A DNA stretch of 64,000 bases from an uncultured delta proteobacterium (GCA_963745035.1 CAVUVW010000014.1:832001-896000); one strand, 5' to 3'; counted from the first letter of the stretch, positions 19,945 through 29,756 are shown. Numbers and translations: made by a program. The notes: a model not told the origin generated them from the sequence alone.

Positions 19945-20601
19945 ATGAAGCGGGCGCGTTCTCGATTCACCATTTTTGCGTTTCTCGGCGCGCTTCTTTC
20001 CGGCTGCGGCGGCGACCGATTCGATGATCTTCGAAATATCCGCTCGCCGGGCGAGGCGATTGTCTGTTTCGGCGACAGCTTGACGGAAGGAGTTGGCGCC
20101 GGTTCCGGAGAGGATTATCCCGCGGTGCTCTCGCGCGAGCTCGGCAGGCCGGTGATCAACGCGGGCCGGCGCGGTGATACGACGGCGCGCGCTCTGGAGC
20201 GAGTTTCCGACGCGGTATTGAGTAAGAATCCAAGGCTTGTCGTCGTCCTTCTCGGCGGCAATGATTTCCTCCAACGATTGGCGCGGCAGGATACGCGCAA
20301 AAACCTCGAAGAAATAATCCAGCGCGTGCAGGCGAGCGGCGCGATGGTGGCCGTGGTCGGCATGAGGCTTGGCTTGTTTACCGACGAGTACGCGTCGCTC
20401 TTTGAAGAGACCGCACGGCAAGCCGGCGCGCTCTACATTCCGGGCGTGATGAAAGGCATTCTTTCGGATGCGAAATTAAGAAGCGATCCGATCCATCCCA
20501 ACAGCGCCGGCTATCGCCTGCTCGCCGAACGCATCGGTGAAAAAATCAAGCCGCTGTTGCGAGAGTCCGATCGCTTGAGAGGGTCGACCTTGGCCGGGTA
20601 A
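19945..20601 (+). CDS. GDSL/SGNH arylesterase (TesA-like) lipoprotein
   Basis: LLSGC lipobox, FGDSLTEG, NAGRRGDTT, LGGND, DPIHPN. Confidence 0.9.
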   Translation: MKRARSRFTIFAFLGALLSGCGGDRFDDLRNIRSPGEAIVCFGDSLTEGVGAGSGEDYPAVLSRELGRPVINAGRRGDTTARALERVSDAVLSKNPRLVVVLLGGNDFLQRLARQDTRKNLEEIIQRVQASGAMVAVVGMRLGLFTDEYASLFEETARQAGALYIPGVMKGILSDAKLRSDPIHPNSAGYRLLAERIGEKIKPLLRESDRLRGSTLAG

Positions 20602-21487
20602 GCTGCCTGACAGCCAGAGCCACCAGCAAGACGCCGATCCAGGTCGCGACGCCGCTCACGATCTTCGGATCGGTGGAGCCGAATGCCCAGCCGAGATCCT
20701 GCCGGACGAAGTCGCCGACGATGCGAATCGATCCAATGGCGACGATCCATCCCGCATGGAGGCCGATCGAAAGATACAAGTTGCCGGTCCGCGCCAGAGC
20801 ATAGCTGAGCACGACACCGATCAGGAAAAGCCCGATCAGTCCCGGCAGCAGCTCGAGCGGGTCGAGAAAAGGCTGGAAAGTCGTCAGCAGATGGCGAAAG
20901 CCGGCCAAGACATCCAACCGGTCGAGAAAATACTCTTGGCTCGGCTTCACGAAATGGAGCGCGGCATAGAAAAGATTGGCGAGCAGGTAGGCTCTCACGC
21001 CGCCGTGCGATCTTAAAATACTGAGAAACAGCATGCCACGAAAAAAAACTTCTTCCAGAAAGCCGGCGAACAGGCCGCCGGCCAGCGCGCTTGCCAAACG
21101 CCCGAGCGACCGCTCCAGTGACAAGCGAAAAAACGGCGTGTACACATCGGCGACCGTCATTGCGGCCAGCAGCAGCGCCACCGACCCGAACGCCAAGCCG
21201 AAACCAGCTAAAAAATTGCGCCGGGCCGGCGCAACCGGGACCGCAAGCAATGCTTTGATTTCAGTCGGGATCAGCTGGCGTCGCAAGAAAACAAACAAAA
21301 TCACGCTGGCGAGCATGAAAGATCGGTTAAAGACCCGAGCGAACGGAACGCGTTGTGACAGCACGCCCGGCCAGCCAGCCGCGACCCAGTCGGCGCAGAG
21401 CGCCATCCACGGCGCTGCTACGCAAGCCAATCCCAGGGCAAGGAGCAAGAAGATCAGCAAACGATTGTGTGTCTTGAGTGATCTCAT
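20546..21487 (-). CDS. CPBP (CAAX protease/Abi) family intramembrane metalloprotease
   Basis: EEVFFRG, FYAALH, IGLHAGW motifs; multiple TM segments. Confidence 0.88.
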   Translation of the reverse strand: MRSLKTHNRLLIFLLLALGLACVAAPWMALCADWVAAGWPGVLSQRVPFARVFNRSFMLASVILFVFLRRQLIPTEIKALLAVPVAPARRNFLAGFGLAFGSVALLLAAMTVADVYTPFFRLSLERSLGRLASALAGGLFAGFLEEVFFRGMLFLSILRSHGGVRAYLLANLFYAALHFVKPSQEYFLDRLDVLAGFRHLLTTFQPFLDPLELLPGLIGLFLIGVVLSYALARTGNLYLSIGLHAGWIVAIGSIRIVGDFVRQDLGWAFGSTDPKIVSGVATWIGVLLVALAVRQLTRPRSTLSSDRTLATAA

Positions 21488-21519
21488 GTGTTCTGTGACT
21501 ATGGTATAGGGCTCACTCG

Positions 21520-22263
21520 ATGGCAAGCAGCGGCGAGAAAGTGTTGTCAGGAAAATGTGCGCTGGTAACCGGCGCGAGCCGGGGCATCGGCCGGGCGATC
21601 GCCGAAGCCTATGCTCGAGCCGGCGCGAGAGTATTTATCTGCGGTAGGAACGAAAGCGGCTTGACGCAAGCGCTTGATGAGATGCGGCAAGTCGGCGCGG
21701 ACGTCGCCGGCCTGGCCGGAGATGTCGGCAATCCAACGGATGCGGATCGGATAGCGCGGGCGGCGATACATCATTGCGGAGCGATCCACGTGCTGGTCAA
21801 TAATGCCAGCATCCTCGGACCGCGCGAGACGATCGCGAGCTATCCACCTGCGGCTTGGGACGAGGTGCTCCGCGTCAATCTCACGGGCATTTTTCTCATC
21901 ACGCGGGCGATTTTGCCGACCATGCTGACGCAGCGAAACGGCTCGATCATCAACGTGACTTCCGGCGTGGGACGGCGCGGCAAGGCGCATTGGGGCGCCT
22001 ACGCCGTGTCCAAGGCGGGCCTGGAAGCGTTCACCCAAGTTCTTGCGGATGAAGTGAGCGAAGCAGCGATCAGGGTGAATGCCGTAAACCCTGCGGCCAC
22101 TCGAACCGAGATGCGCGCGCAGGCCTACCCCCTCGAAGATCCGCGCACGTTGCCGACGCCCGAACAAATCATGCCGGTTTTTCTCTATTTGGCTTCCGAT
22201 GCCAGCGCTTCGGTCAGCGGTCAATCGCTCGAAGCGCGCGATTGGCTCAAGCCCGCAGATTGA
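21520..22263 (+). CDS. SDR family oxidoreductase (YciK-like)
   Basis: TGASRGIG, NNAS, WGAYAVSK, NPAATRTEMRAQAYP. Confidence 0.9.
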   Translation: MASSGEKVLSGKCALVTGASRGIGRAIAEAYARAGARVFICGRNESGLTQALDEMRQVGADVAGLAGDVGNPTDADRIARAAIHHCGAIHVLVNNASILGPRETIASYPPAAWDEVLRVNLTGIFLITRAILPTMLTQRNGSIINVTSGVGRRGKAHWGAYAVSKAGLEAFTQVLADEVSEAAIRVNAVNPAATRTEMRAQAYPLEDPRTLPTPEQIMPVFLYLASDASASVSGQSLEARDWLKPAD

Positions 22264-22330
22264 CGGGCCCGGCGCGTTCAGCTACAAACGCTCTCATATC
22301 GCGGATTCGACTCTCTCGGGACGCATCACT

Positions 22331-23313
22331 ATGAAAATCCGGCTCGTGTTGTTGTCACTACTGCTGCTCGCCTCACCGATAGGCGCGCAGGAGCTCAAGA
22401 AAATCAAAATCGGCTACCCGGCGATTTCGTACAATCAAATTCACATATGGGTCGCCAAGGATGCGGGACTGTTTCGCAAGCATGGGCTGGATGCCGAAAT
22501 CGTTTTCTTTCGCGGCGGTCAAATGGCGACCCAGGCGCTGGTGGCCGGTGACCCGCCGATCGTCAACATCGGCACGGTCGTGCAAGCGGGGCTGCAAGGC
22601 CATGACGTGGTGCTCATCGGTTCTTCGGAGAACGCCTATAACTACTCCGTGGTGGCGCGCCAGGGGACGACTCAAATCGAGCAACTCAAGGGCAAACGGT
22701 TGGGAGTCAGCGGCTTCGGCTCGGCGTCGCACAACGCGTCGCTCATTCTCCTGAAAAAATTCAATCTCGAGCCGAACAAAGATGTTGCTTTAGTGGTCGC
22801 AGGCCCGACGAGCGATCGCCTGAGCGCGGTCGACGCGGGACGCATCGATGCGACGTTGTTAACGCCGTCCGAGCTGCCGCGCTCGCGCAAGCAGGGGCTC
22901 GTCGAAGTGTACGACCTGGCCGATCTCGGGATTGAAGTGCAGGGGAACGGCTTTGCGACCTCGCGCTCATTTATCAAGAGCCAGCGCGATACCGTCCTCG
23001 GCGCGCTCAAGGGATACGTCGAAGCAATTCATTACATTCATCGCAATCGCGACGAGGCGCGCAAGATCGTCGCCAAGTATCTGCGTTTGACGGATGCAGA
23101 AGTGCTCGACGCCACTTACACGGCGTTTGTGAAGACGGTTTCGAAGAGACCGACGCCGACTCTCAAAGGCATCCAGTTCATGCTCGATGAAGTCGCCGGC
23201 AAGATGCCCAATGCGAAAACGTGCCAAACCTGAGCAGTTCGTCGATTTGTCGCTATTGCAGCAGTTGGACAAGGAAGGATTTTTTCGCCGAAATGGCGAA
23301 GCGATACCCTTAA
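22331..23313 (+). CDS. ABC-type substrate-binding protein (NMT1/SsuA-like), two frameshifts near the 3' end
   Basis: Signal peptide, WVAKDAGLFRKHGLDAE, LKGKRLGVS; C-terminal AKPEQFVDLSLLQQLDKEGF..EMAKRYP* restored by shifts near 23215 and 23283. Confidence 0.8.
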
Positions 23314-23357
23314 GTACTTCCAAGCGAGCTACAATTCAGACACAGCGAGGTGCGAAC

Positions 23358-23862
23358 ATGAATCTGCAAATCGGCCAGCGTTTTCCCGATTTCGAGCTGC
23401 CGGATCATGACGGGCAACCCGTCAAAGCTCTCCGACGCGGTCGGAAAGTTTCCTTTTATCTTGTCGTTTTATCGCGGCTATTGGTGAGGCAAATGCCAGG
23501 TGCAGTTGCGCCACTATGTAGAACTTCAGCAAGAGCTGGCAATCAACTACTGTAAGCTCGCGGTCGTGAGCGTGGATAGCGTTGCGGTCAACGATGCGTT
23601 TCGGACCGGCCTCGGCGCCGCGTTTCCCTTCCTTAGCGACGAGGAACGGAAAGTCATCAAAATGTTGAACATGACGGAGACGTCGAAAAGCCGCGGCGTA
23701 ACCGCCATGCCCTACACATTCTCGCTCCTGCCGGACTTGACGATTCACAATCTGTACTGCGGCTACTGGTATCTCGGCCGGCCCACTTTGGATGAGCTGC
23801 GCATGGATTTGCGCGCCATGCTGAAGAAAGTGCGTCCCGATTTTGCAGGTCCGGTCGGTTAA
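23358..23862 (+). CDS. AhpC/TSA-family peroxiredoxin-like protein, probable selenoprotein (UxxC); +1 frameshift near 23424
   Basis: MNLQIGQRFPDFELPDHDGQPVK / LSDAVGKFPFILSFYRGYW-TGA(23485-87)-GKCQVQLR...VSVD...FPFLSDEERKVI; TGA is in frame at the Cys position of FYRGxWCPxC. Confidence 0.8.
23499..23512 (+). promoter_or_regulatory. Candidate bacterial SECIS hairpin
   Basis: GGTGC-AGTT-GCGCC stem-loop begins 11 nt after the TGA, with GT in the loop; outer TGCCAG/CTGGCA pairing also possible. Confidence 0.5.
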
Positions 23863-23969
23863 CACATTCTCGTGCGACCTGTGCCGGAGGCAAGATGCTA
23901 TTCGTGGGCACGCGCCGGCATCATCTGCACAGAGTTGCAAGCTCAGCGCTTAATCGGTAAGCTTTTTCT

Positions 23970-24224
23970 ATGATCTCCCCTGAAGAAATAAAGGAAACTC
24001 TGAGTAAGGCGATCCCTGTGAACCTGGTCGAAACGCAGGATTTGACCGGCGGCGGCGATCACTGGCAGCTTATTGTCGTTTCGCCTGCGTTCGAGGGCAA
24101 AGGACTCATCGAACAGCATCGTTTAATCAACGAAGCTCTGAAAGAGCCGTTAGGCGATCAACGGATTCACGCATTATCGCTAAAGACATATAGTCCGGCA
24201 CAGTGGGACAAACTGGGCTCTTAA
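23970..24224 (+). CDS. bolA: BolA family protein
   Basis: GGGDHW..IVVSPAFEGK..IEQHR...IHALSLKT. Confidence 0.92.
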   Translation: MISPEEIKETLSKAIPVNLVETQDLTGGGDHWQLIVVSPAFEGKGLIEQHRLINEALKEPLGDQRIHALSLKTYSPAQWDKLGS

Positions 24225-24248
24225 CAATTACCGGAAAAGGAGAAGTTT

Positions 24249-24572
24249 ATGGCCGAGGATGTCAAAGGTCGAATCGACGAAGGAGTTAAGAACAACAAGG
24301 TCATGGTTTACATGAAAGGCACGCCGGATTTTCCACAGTGCGGCTTTTCCGCGCACACCGTGGAAATTCTAAAATCCTACGGGGTTCCATTTGCCAGCGA
24401 GGATGTTTTGGCCGACCCTGCGATAAGGGAAGGGATCAAACGGTACTCGAATTGGCCCACGATTCCCCAGGTTTACATCGATGGTAAGTTCGTCGGCGGT
24501 TGCGATATTGTGCACGAGATGCACGAACGCGGCGAACTCGAGCCCTTGTTGAAATCTGCATTCAGCAAGTAA
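24249..24572 (+). CDS. grxD: Monothiol glutaredoxin Grx4
   Basis: YMKGTPDFPQCGFS, WPTIPQVYIDGKFVGGCDI. Confidence 0.95.
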   Translation: MAEDVKGRIDEGVKNNKVMVYMKGTPDFPQCGFSAHTVEILKSYGVPFASEDVLADPAIREGIKRYSNWPTIPQVYIDGKFVGGCDIVHEMHERGELEPLLKSAFSK

Positions 24573-24629
24573 GCAAGCAATATTCAGCGCGCCCGCTCGT
24601 CTAAGCTGCATCTGGAGAGGGCGAACGAT

Positions 24630-25028
24630 ATGAAAAACCACGCAATTGTATTCTTTATCCTCGCGACGATCTTTGTCAGCTCATGCGCTACGTTGGGCCG
24701 ATTCAACCCGGGATATGCCAGCTTCGATCAGGGTTTGGTATTGTTTAATCAGGGCCACTTCGCCGAGGCGGTTCCTCATTTCGAGCGCGCAACGCGAGAA
24801 AATCCCGAGTTCGGCGAAGCGTACTTTTATCTCGGACGTTCCTATGTGAGCCAGAGCAAATGGCGCGCTGCGATTCCGCCGCTGCGCACGGCGTTCAGGC
24901 TTTCGCCGCGCGAAGCGCAGCAGGAAATCATCAACCTGATCATGGACGCGACGTTTGCGGCGGCGCTCAACGATTTCAATTTGGGCGGCGCGCGTGGGCA
25001 ACCCGAGCAGTTCAAGGAAATTCTTTAA
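24630..25028 (+). CDS. TPR-repeat lipoprotein
   Basis: FVSSC lipobox; TPR pattern AEAVPHFERA...EAYFYLGRSY. Confidence 0.8.
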   Translation: MKNHAIVFFILATIFVSSCATLGRFNPGYASFDQGLVLFNQGHFAEAVPHFERATRENPEFGEAYFYLGRSYVSQSKWRAAIPPLRTAFRLSPREAQQEIINLIMDATFAAALNDFNLGGARGQPEQFKEIL

Positions 25029-25128
25029 GCCGTAGTTTTCCTTTCATTTCGACATGCATGGCGTTGCGCCGCACAAATGTGGCGACGTCGGCATCCGGTT
25101 CTCGAGCACACAGTAAGGGGGCGGGTGT

Positions 25129-25851
25129 ATGTTTAGGCCAATCCTGGTGGCCGCGCTGCTGGCGGCGACCGCCGCGCCGGCTTCGGCGCAGCTCGATAAG
25201 GTCTTGAAAGGCATCGGCGGATTGTCGGGCGGCGGCAGCGGGTTGAGCGATGCGAAGATCGGCTCCGGTTTGCAGGAAGCGTTGAAGTTTGGAACGGAGA
25301 ATGCGGTCGTTCAAACCGGCGCGCCGGACGGCTTTCTCATGAACAAAGCCATCAAAATTTTGATGCCGAGGCAGCTGCAATCGATCGAGCAGCCGCTTCG
25401 GTTGGTCGGCTATGGCCCGCAGATCGACGAGTTCGTCGTCAGCATGAACCGTGCTGCCGAAAAGGCCGTGCCATTCGCCAAGGAAATCTTCTGGGACGCC
25501 ATCGGCCAGATGACCTTCGATGACGCACACAAAATTCTCAACGGCAGCGACACTGCGGCGACGGACTATTTCAAGGCGAAAACTTCAAAGAAGCTGCATA
25601 CTGCGTTCCGGCCGCCGGTCGAAGGGGTCATGGCCGATGTCGGCGTTACGCGCCAGTACAACGATCTGATCGGCAAATATAAGAGCGTGCCCTTCGCTCA
25701 AAGTATTTCCTTCGACATCAATCAGTATGTAACTGAAAAAACGACGGATGGAATCTTCTTCGTCGTCGGCCAGGAGGAAAAGAAAATCCGCACCAACCCC
25801 GCCGCGCGCGCCACGGATCTCTTGAAAGAAGTGTTCGGTAGCAGGAGATAG
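25129..25851 (+). CDS. DUF4197 family secreted protein
   Basis: [46 protein letters not shown]. Confidence 0.9.
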   Translation: MFRPILVAALLAATAAPASAQLDKVLKGIGGLSGGGSGLSDAKIGSGLQEALKFGTENAVVQTGAPDGFLMNKAIKILMPRQLQSIEQPLRLVGYGPQIDEFVVSMNRAAEKAVPFAKEIFWDAIGQMTFDDAHKILNGSDTAATDYFKAKTSKKLHTAFRPPVEGVMADVGVTRQYNDLIGKYKSVPFAQSISFDINQYVTEKTTDGIFFVVGQEEKKIRTNPAARATDLLKEVFGSRR

Positions 25852-25936
25852 CCGGGCTTTAAGTGTCGCAGATAAGACGGCGAGTCGAAGGGTTCTCGTC
25901 CCGCATCTTCCTGCGGAGAGAACTATTCTATCGTCC

Positions 25937-25966
25937 GTCATTCCCGCATGTTTTTAGCGGGAATCC
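25937..25966. repeat. REP-like hairpin between convergent genes
   Basis: GTC-ATTCCCGC-ATGTTTTTA-GCGGGAAT-CC with an 8-bp perfect stem. Confidence 0.6.
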
Positions 25967-26001
25967 AGGCGAATCCGAATCTGGCTCCCCGATAAAAGCG
26001 A

Positions 26002-26727
26002 TCAATTCGCCAGCGACGCCATCAGTCGTCCGAAGCCGGATACCTCCTGCTTCACCTTGGCCATCTTTAAGGCGTGCCAGATATAAGCCTGGCAGCTTGT
26101 GACTACGGGCTTGCCGATTTCCCTTTCGAGCAAATCGACATCGGTGATCGTCGGCCAGCGTGGGCAGGGGACGAAAACGCCGTCGGCTTCCGGCGCTTGT
26201 TCGTACAGGCGCTTGGCTATTTTGTAGGCCGCATGCACGTCCATATCGGTCAGGTCAGCGTTTTTTCTGACTCCATAGCCTTGAATTTTCAATACGTTAA
26301 AGCCAGAGGCTTCGAGAAAGACTTTCATGCGCTCGTTGAGCGTGTCTTCGTGCGGCGTGGCGACGACGAGTTTTTTTAGGCCGAGCGATTTGAGCGCTTC
26401 GACTTCGCCGGTGATGCCGGGTGAAACCGGCACGCCGAATTTCGCCGTGAGCTTCTTGCCCATTTCGATATCGCTGCCGTGGCCGAGCTTGGTGAAAAGC
26501 GGCGAGCCGCCGATGATGATGGAGTCGCACTTGTTCTCGACCAGATCCGCGGCGGCTTCTTCGATGCGCTGCAGCTGGCGCTCGAAATCGGCATCGACCA
26601 GTTGGCGGATGGTTCCCGTGCTGTTGAGGATCATGAATCCATCCGGGAGCATCTGATAAAATTCGTAAACCAACGTGTCGCCGCGCGATGGGGCGACATG
26701 ACCGATCTTTGCGCGCCAGCCGTACAT
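26002..26727 (-). CDS. Asp/Glu racemase superfamily protein (maleate isomerase / arylmalonate decarboxylase-like)
   Basis: MYGWRAKIG..PS, LVVATP, ADGVFVPC, LEREIGKPVVTS.QA..WHAL. Confidence 0.85.
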   Translation of the reverse strand: MYGWRAKIGHVAPSRGDTLVYEFYQMLPDGFMILNSTGTIRQLVDADFERQLQRIEEAAADLVENKCDSIIIGGSPLFTKLGHGSDIEMGKKLTAKFGVPVSPGITGEVEALKSLGLKKLVVATPHEDTLNERMKVFLEASGFNVLKIQGYGVRKNADLTDMDVHAAYKIAKRLYEQAPEADGVFVPCPRWPTITDVDLLEREIGKPVVTSCQAYIWHALKMAKVKQEVSGFGRLMASLAN

Positions 26728-26805
26728 TATTTCCTCCTAAGTAACGTTAACATCTTCTAGAGTTTCGGGCCTTTTCTTTGAACTTTGGCTTTGATTGAAG
26801 CCTTT

Positions 26806-26845
26806 CGTTCAAGCCGTTCAAACCGTTCAAGCCGTTCAAATCGTT
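26806..26845. repeat. 9-bp tandem repeat (CGTTCAA-RY) x4
   Basis: CGTTCAAGC CGTTCAAAC CGTTCAAGC CGTTCAAAT CGTT, intergenic. Confidence 0.85.
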
Positions 26846-26862
26846 TCGGATAGCTTGAGCCG

Positions 26863-27613
26863 TCACCAATTCAACCACGCGCCGTTGATGTGGATCGTTT
26901 GGCCGGTGATGTATCTGTTCTCGTCGGTGGCGAGGAAGAGCACGGCGCTGGCGATTTCTTCAGGTGTAGCGGTGCGGCCTATCGGGATCTGCGCCTCGGC
27001 AGCGGCCCAGGCTTCGTCGCTGAAGTGGCTGCGCACTCTTTCGGTAAAGACGCGGCCAGGAGCGACGGCGTTGATATTGATGCCGTCGCGGGCTACTTCC
27101 AACGCCAGTGATTTGGTGAACGCCGACACGCCGGCTTTGGCCGCTGAATAGCTCGAGCGTGTGGCGCTGCCGGTATAGCCGTAGATAGAAGAAATGTTGA
27201 CGATCTTGCCGTAGTTTTGTTTGAGCATGACGGGCAGCACGGCTTGCGAGCACAAAAACGACCGACTTCAAGTTCATGTCGACGACATGATCCCAATCCG
27301 CGGCGGTCATATCAATCACGGGTATTCTTTCGGCGCCACCGGCAACGTTGACCAGGATGTCGATGCGGTGCCAGCGGTCGAGGGCGGCTTGCATCATGTC
27401 GCCGACCGCTTTCTTATTCGTCACGTCGGCAACGAGCGGAATGGCATCGGCGCCTTGGGCGGTCAATTCAGCAGCCACCGCGTTCGCTGTTTTCGGATCG
27501 ACATCCGCAACGGCGACCTTGGCGCCTTCCGTCGCGAAGCGGCGGGCTATCGCGCCGCCGATGCCGCCCCCGCCGCCGGTGACGATCGCGATCTTGTTTT
27601 GGATTGCCCCCAT
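26863..27613 (-). CDS. SDR family oxidoreductase (FabG-like), frameshift near 27255
   Basis: TGGGGGIG, ILVNVAG, YSAAK, NAVAPG, ITGQTIHING across two frames. Confidence 0.85.
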
Positions 27614-27626
27614 GACTTCTTCACGC

Positions 27627-28199
27627 CTATTTCAAGTGATGCCAAAGCTCATCAAACTCGTGAATGCGCCGGACCTTCGGATGGCTAAACGCCTGATTGT
27701 AGGGGCGGTGCGGCATGAATACCAAAGCATCGGTTTCGTCCGCAACGTCCTCGCAATTTTCATGGCGATCATCGACGAAAAGCTCGATCTTGAGCGAGCG
27801 GATCAACGCGGATTTTTTCTCCTGGGTGAAATGGACCACCGGCCGCGTCAGTCCGTGCCTACGCAGCCAGTCGCAGGTGATTTGATGAATGTCGTAGGTG
27901 TCGCGCACCCAGCGATGGGTGACGAAGACGACGTCGTGCTCCTGGCTGATGCGTTCCAGAGTCTGCCACTGGTTGGATGTGAGCAGCGGTGTCATGGCGC
28001 GCCAGAATGCCGGATCATAGGACGCGCTTTCCATGCACTCGGAAATAATTTCCTTGGTCAGAAACGGATGCTGCATGAAATTCGGATCCGTGATCGACGC
28101 CGGATCGATGCATCCGTTGCCGCAGCGCGCTTCGAGGAGCTTTAGAAAAGGCGTGATAAAATCCGCCACCACGCCGTCGATGTCTAGTCCGAAAACCAT
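27627..28199 (-). CDS. HAD-superfamily 5'(3')-nucleotidase-like protein (NT5C-like)
   Basis: GLDIDGVVADF, FVTHR, FVDD, RPYN. Confidence 0.8.
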   Translation of the reverse strand: MVFGLDIDGVVADFITPFLKLLEARCGNGCIDPASITDPNFMQHPFLTKEIISECMESASYDPAFWRAMTPLLTSNQWQTLERISQEHDVVFVTHRWVRDTYDIHQITCDWLRRHGLTRPVVHFTQEKKSALIRSLKIELFVDDRHENCEDVADETDALVFMPHRPYNQAFSHPKVRRIHEFDELWHHLK

Positions 28200-28299
28200 A
28201 AGCTGTAGCCAATCTAAGTGAATCCCGTCAGCTCGTCAACGAAAAGGCTGGCGAATCATTTCCAATCCGGCGCAGGTCATTAGATGGTTCAGTTTCGGA

Positions 28300-28392
28300 A
28301 AGATCTCTCGCGGAGTTTATCCTGAGCGGAGACGGAGAGTTCGAGATGATATCTCTGGTTAAGTGTCATTCCGAGCAAAGGGAGAAATCTTT
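28300..28392. repeat. REP-like composite palindromic element (GTCATT-type)
   Basis: AAGATCTCTCG...CGAGATGAT...GTCATTCCGAGCAAAGGGAGAAATCTT with inverted terminal arms; related to 4409-4460. Confidence 0.55.
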
Positions 28393-28517
28393 TCCGTAAG
28401 ACAGAGACTTGGAAAATGGGAACTGAACCATACCTAAATCGCTGATTCGTTGTCAATTTTCGCCTCTCTATGTTACAGAAATTTATTCTAGAGGGGCGAG
28501 TTGGAAGGGAGTTTTGG

Positions 28518-29756
28518 ATGGAAGAAGAAGTTTTGCAACAGGTGGACCGCGATCGGATCGTGGAGGTGGCTTGCAATCTGGCCAATATCGTCAGCATCAC
28601 GGGCGAGGAAGAGGAAGTAGCAAAATATCTCGGCAGCGAATTCGAGAAGCTCGGCATGCAGGTCGATTATCAATACGTCGAGGACGGCAGGCCGAACGTC
28701 GTCGGCACGCTCAAGGGGACGGGCGGCGGCGCGACGTTGATGTTCAACGCGCACATGGACCACTTCGACAATCCCCAGGAGACGGTTGTCGATGAAGACC
28801 GCATCTACGGCCGCGGCTTGGTAAACATGAAGGCGGCATTTCCCTGCTACATCGAGGCGGTGTCTGCGCTTCAAAAGGCCGGCGGCAAATTGAAAGGCGA
28901 TTTGATCATCTCGGGCGTCGTCGGCGAAATCGAGAAAGCGCAGATCGGCCGGTTTCACGGCAAGACTTATCGCGGCGCGGGCGTCGGCGCGCGCTATCTG
29001 ATGGACCACGGCGTGATGGCCGACATGTGCATCATCGGCGAGCCGACCGGGTTGCAGTTGCAGATCGGCAACGCCGGCCTGCTCTGGGCGCGGGTCAGCG
29101 TGGACGGCAAAGCGACTAAGTTTGTTTTGGCCGCCTGCAAGGTGGCGCAGGCGATTCAGGACTGGGAAAAGGAATATCAGCGCAAGAACCCGCACAAGTT
29201 CATGCTGCCGACGGTGCAGATCGGCGCCATCGACGGTGGCAACGCTTTCAAGCCCGGCACCCGGCCAACGACGGATATCTTCGTCATCGTCAAGATGCTC
29301 CCCGACGCAGTGCCTTTGGCGATCAAGCGCGACATCGAACAGGTCTGCGAGAAGATAAAAAAACGCGAGAGCGATATTCTCGACATCCGCGTCGATCTTT
29401 ACCTGACGACGCCGGGCTATGAAATTTCCAAGAGTGAGCCTTTGGTGAAATCGATGGAGCGGGCGCACAAGACGGTATTCAACGCTCCCGTGCCTTACGC
29501 CAAGCCGATCCGCTACGGCATCACCAGCGATGGCTCGCGCATCGCTCAGTACGGCGTGCCTGCGATCACGTACGGTCCAGGATTCGGCACGCACCTGGTC
29601 GATCCCACGGAAACCAAGGCGGGCGCAGAATGGGACTCGCCCACCGGCGTGCGCCGCGGCGTCGGCATTACGAACATGGTGAACTGCACCAAGGTGTATG
29701 CGATGGCGGCGCTCGATATCTGCAATAGAAAAAGAGAAGAGGTGGCGAAGGCTTAA
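28518..29756 (+). CDS. M20/ArgE-DapE family metallo-hydrolase with atypical metal ligands
   Basis: RPNVVG, MFNAHMD, IYGRGLVNMK, IIGEPT, GVPAITYGPG. Confidence 0.8.
   Translation: MEEEVLQQVDRDRIVEVACNLANIVSITGEEEEVAKYLGSEFEKLGMQVDYQYVEDGRPNVVGTLKGTGGGATLMFNAHMDHFDNPQETVVDEDRIYGRGLVNMKAAFPCYIEAVSALQKAGGKLKGDLIISGVVGEIEKAQIGRFHGKTYRGAGVGARYLMDHGVMADMCIIGEPTGLQLQIGNAGLLWARVSVDGKATKFVLAACKVAQAIQDWEKEYQRKNPHKFMLPTVQIGAIDGGNAFKPGTRPTTDIFVIVKMLPDAVPLAIKRDIEQVCEKIKKRESDILDIRVDLYLTTPGYEISKSEPLVKSMERAHKTVFNAPVPYAKPIRYGITSDGSRIAQYGVPAITYGPGFGTHLVDPTETKAGAEWDSPTGVRRGVGITNMVNCTKVYAMAALDICNRKREEVAKA

Noticed and set aside
23415-23430. Programmed frameshift in the Sec-redoxin gene
   Set aside because: No canonical slippery heptamer; the same kind of indel affects many unrelated genes, so sequencing error is simpler.
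26806-26845. Possible CRISPR array
   Set aside because: Units are 9 bp, contiguous, have no spacers, and no cas genes are present.
26795-27151. ORF with VQAVQTVQAVQ repeat
   Set aside because: Translation of the intergenic 9-bp repeat plus antisense of the SDR gene.
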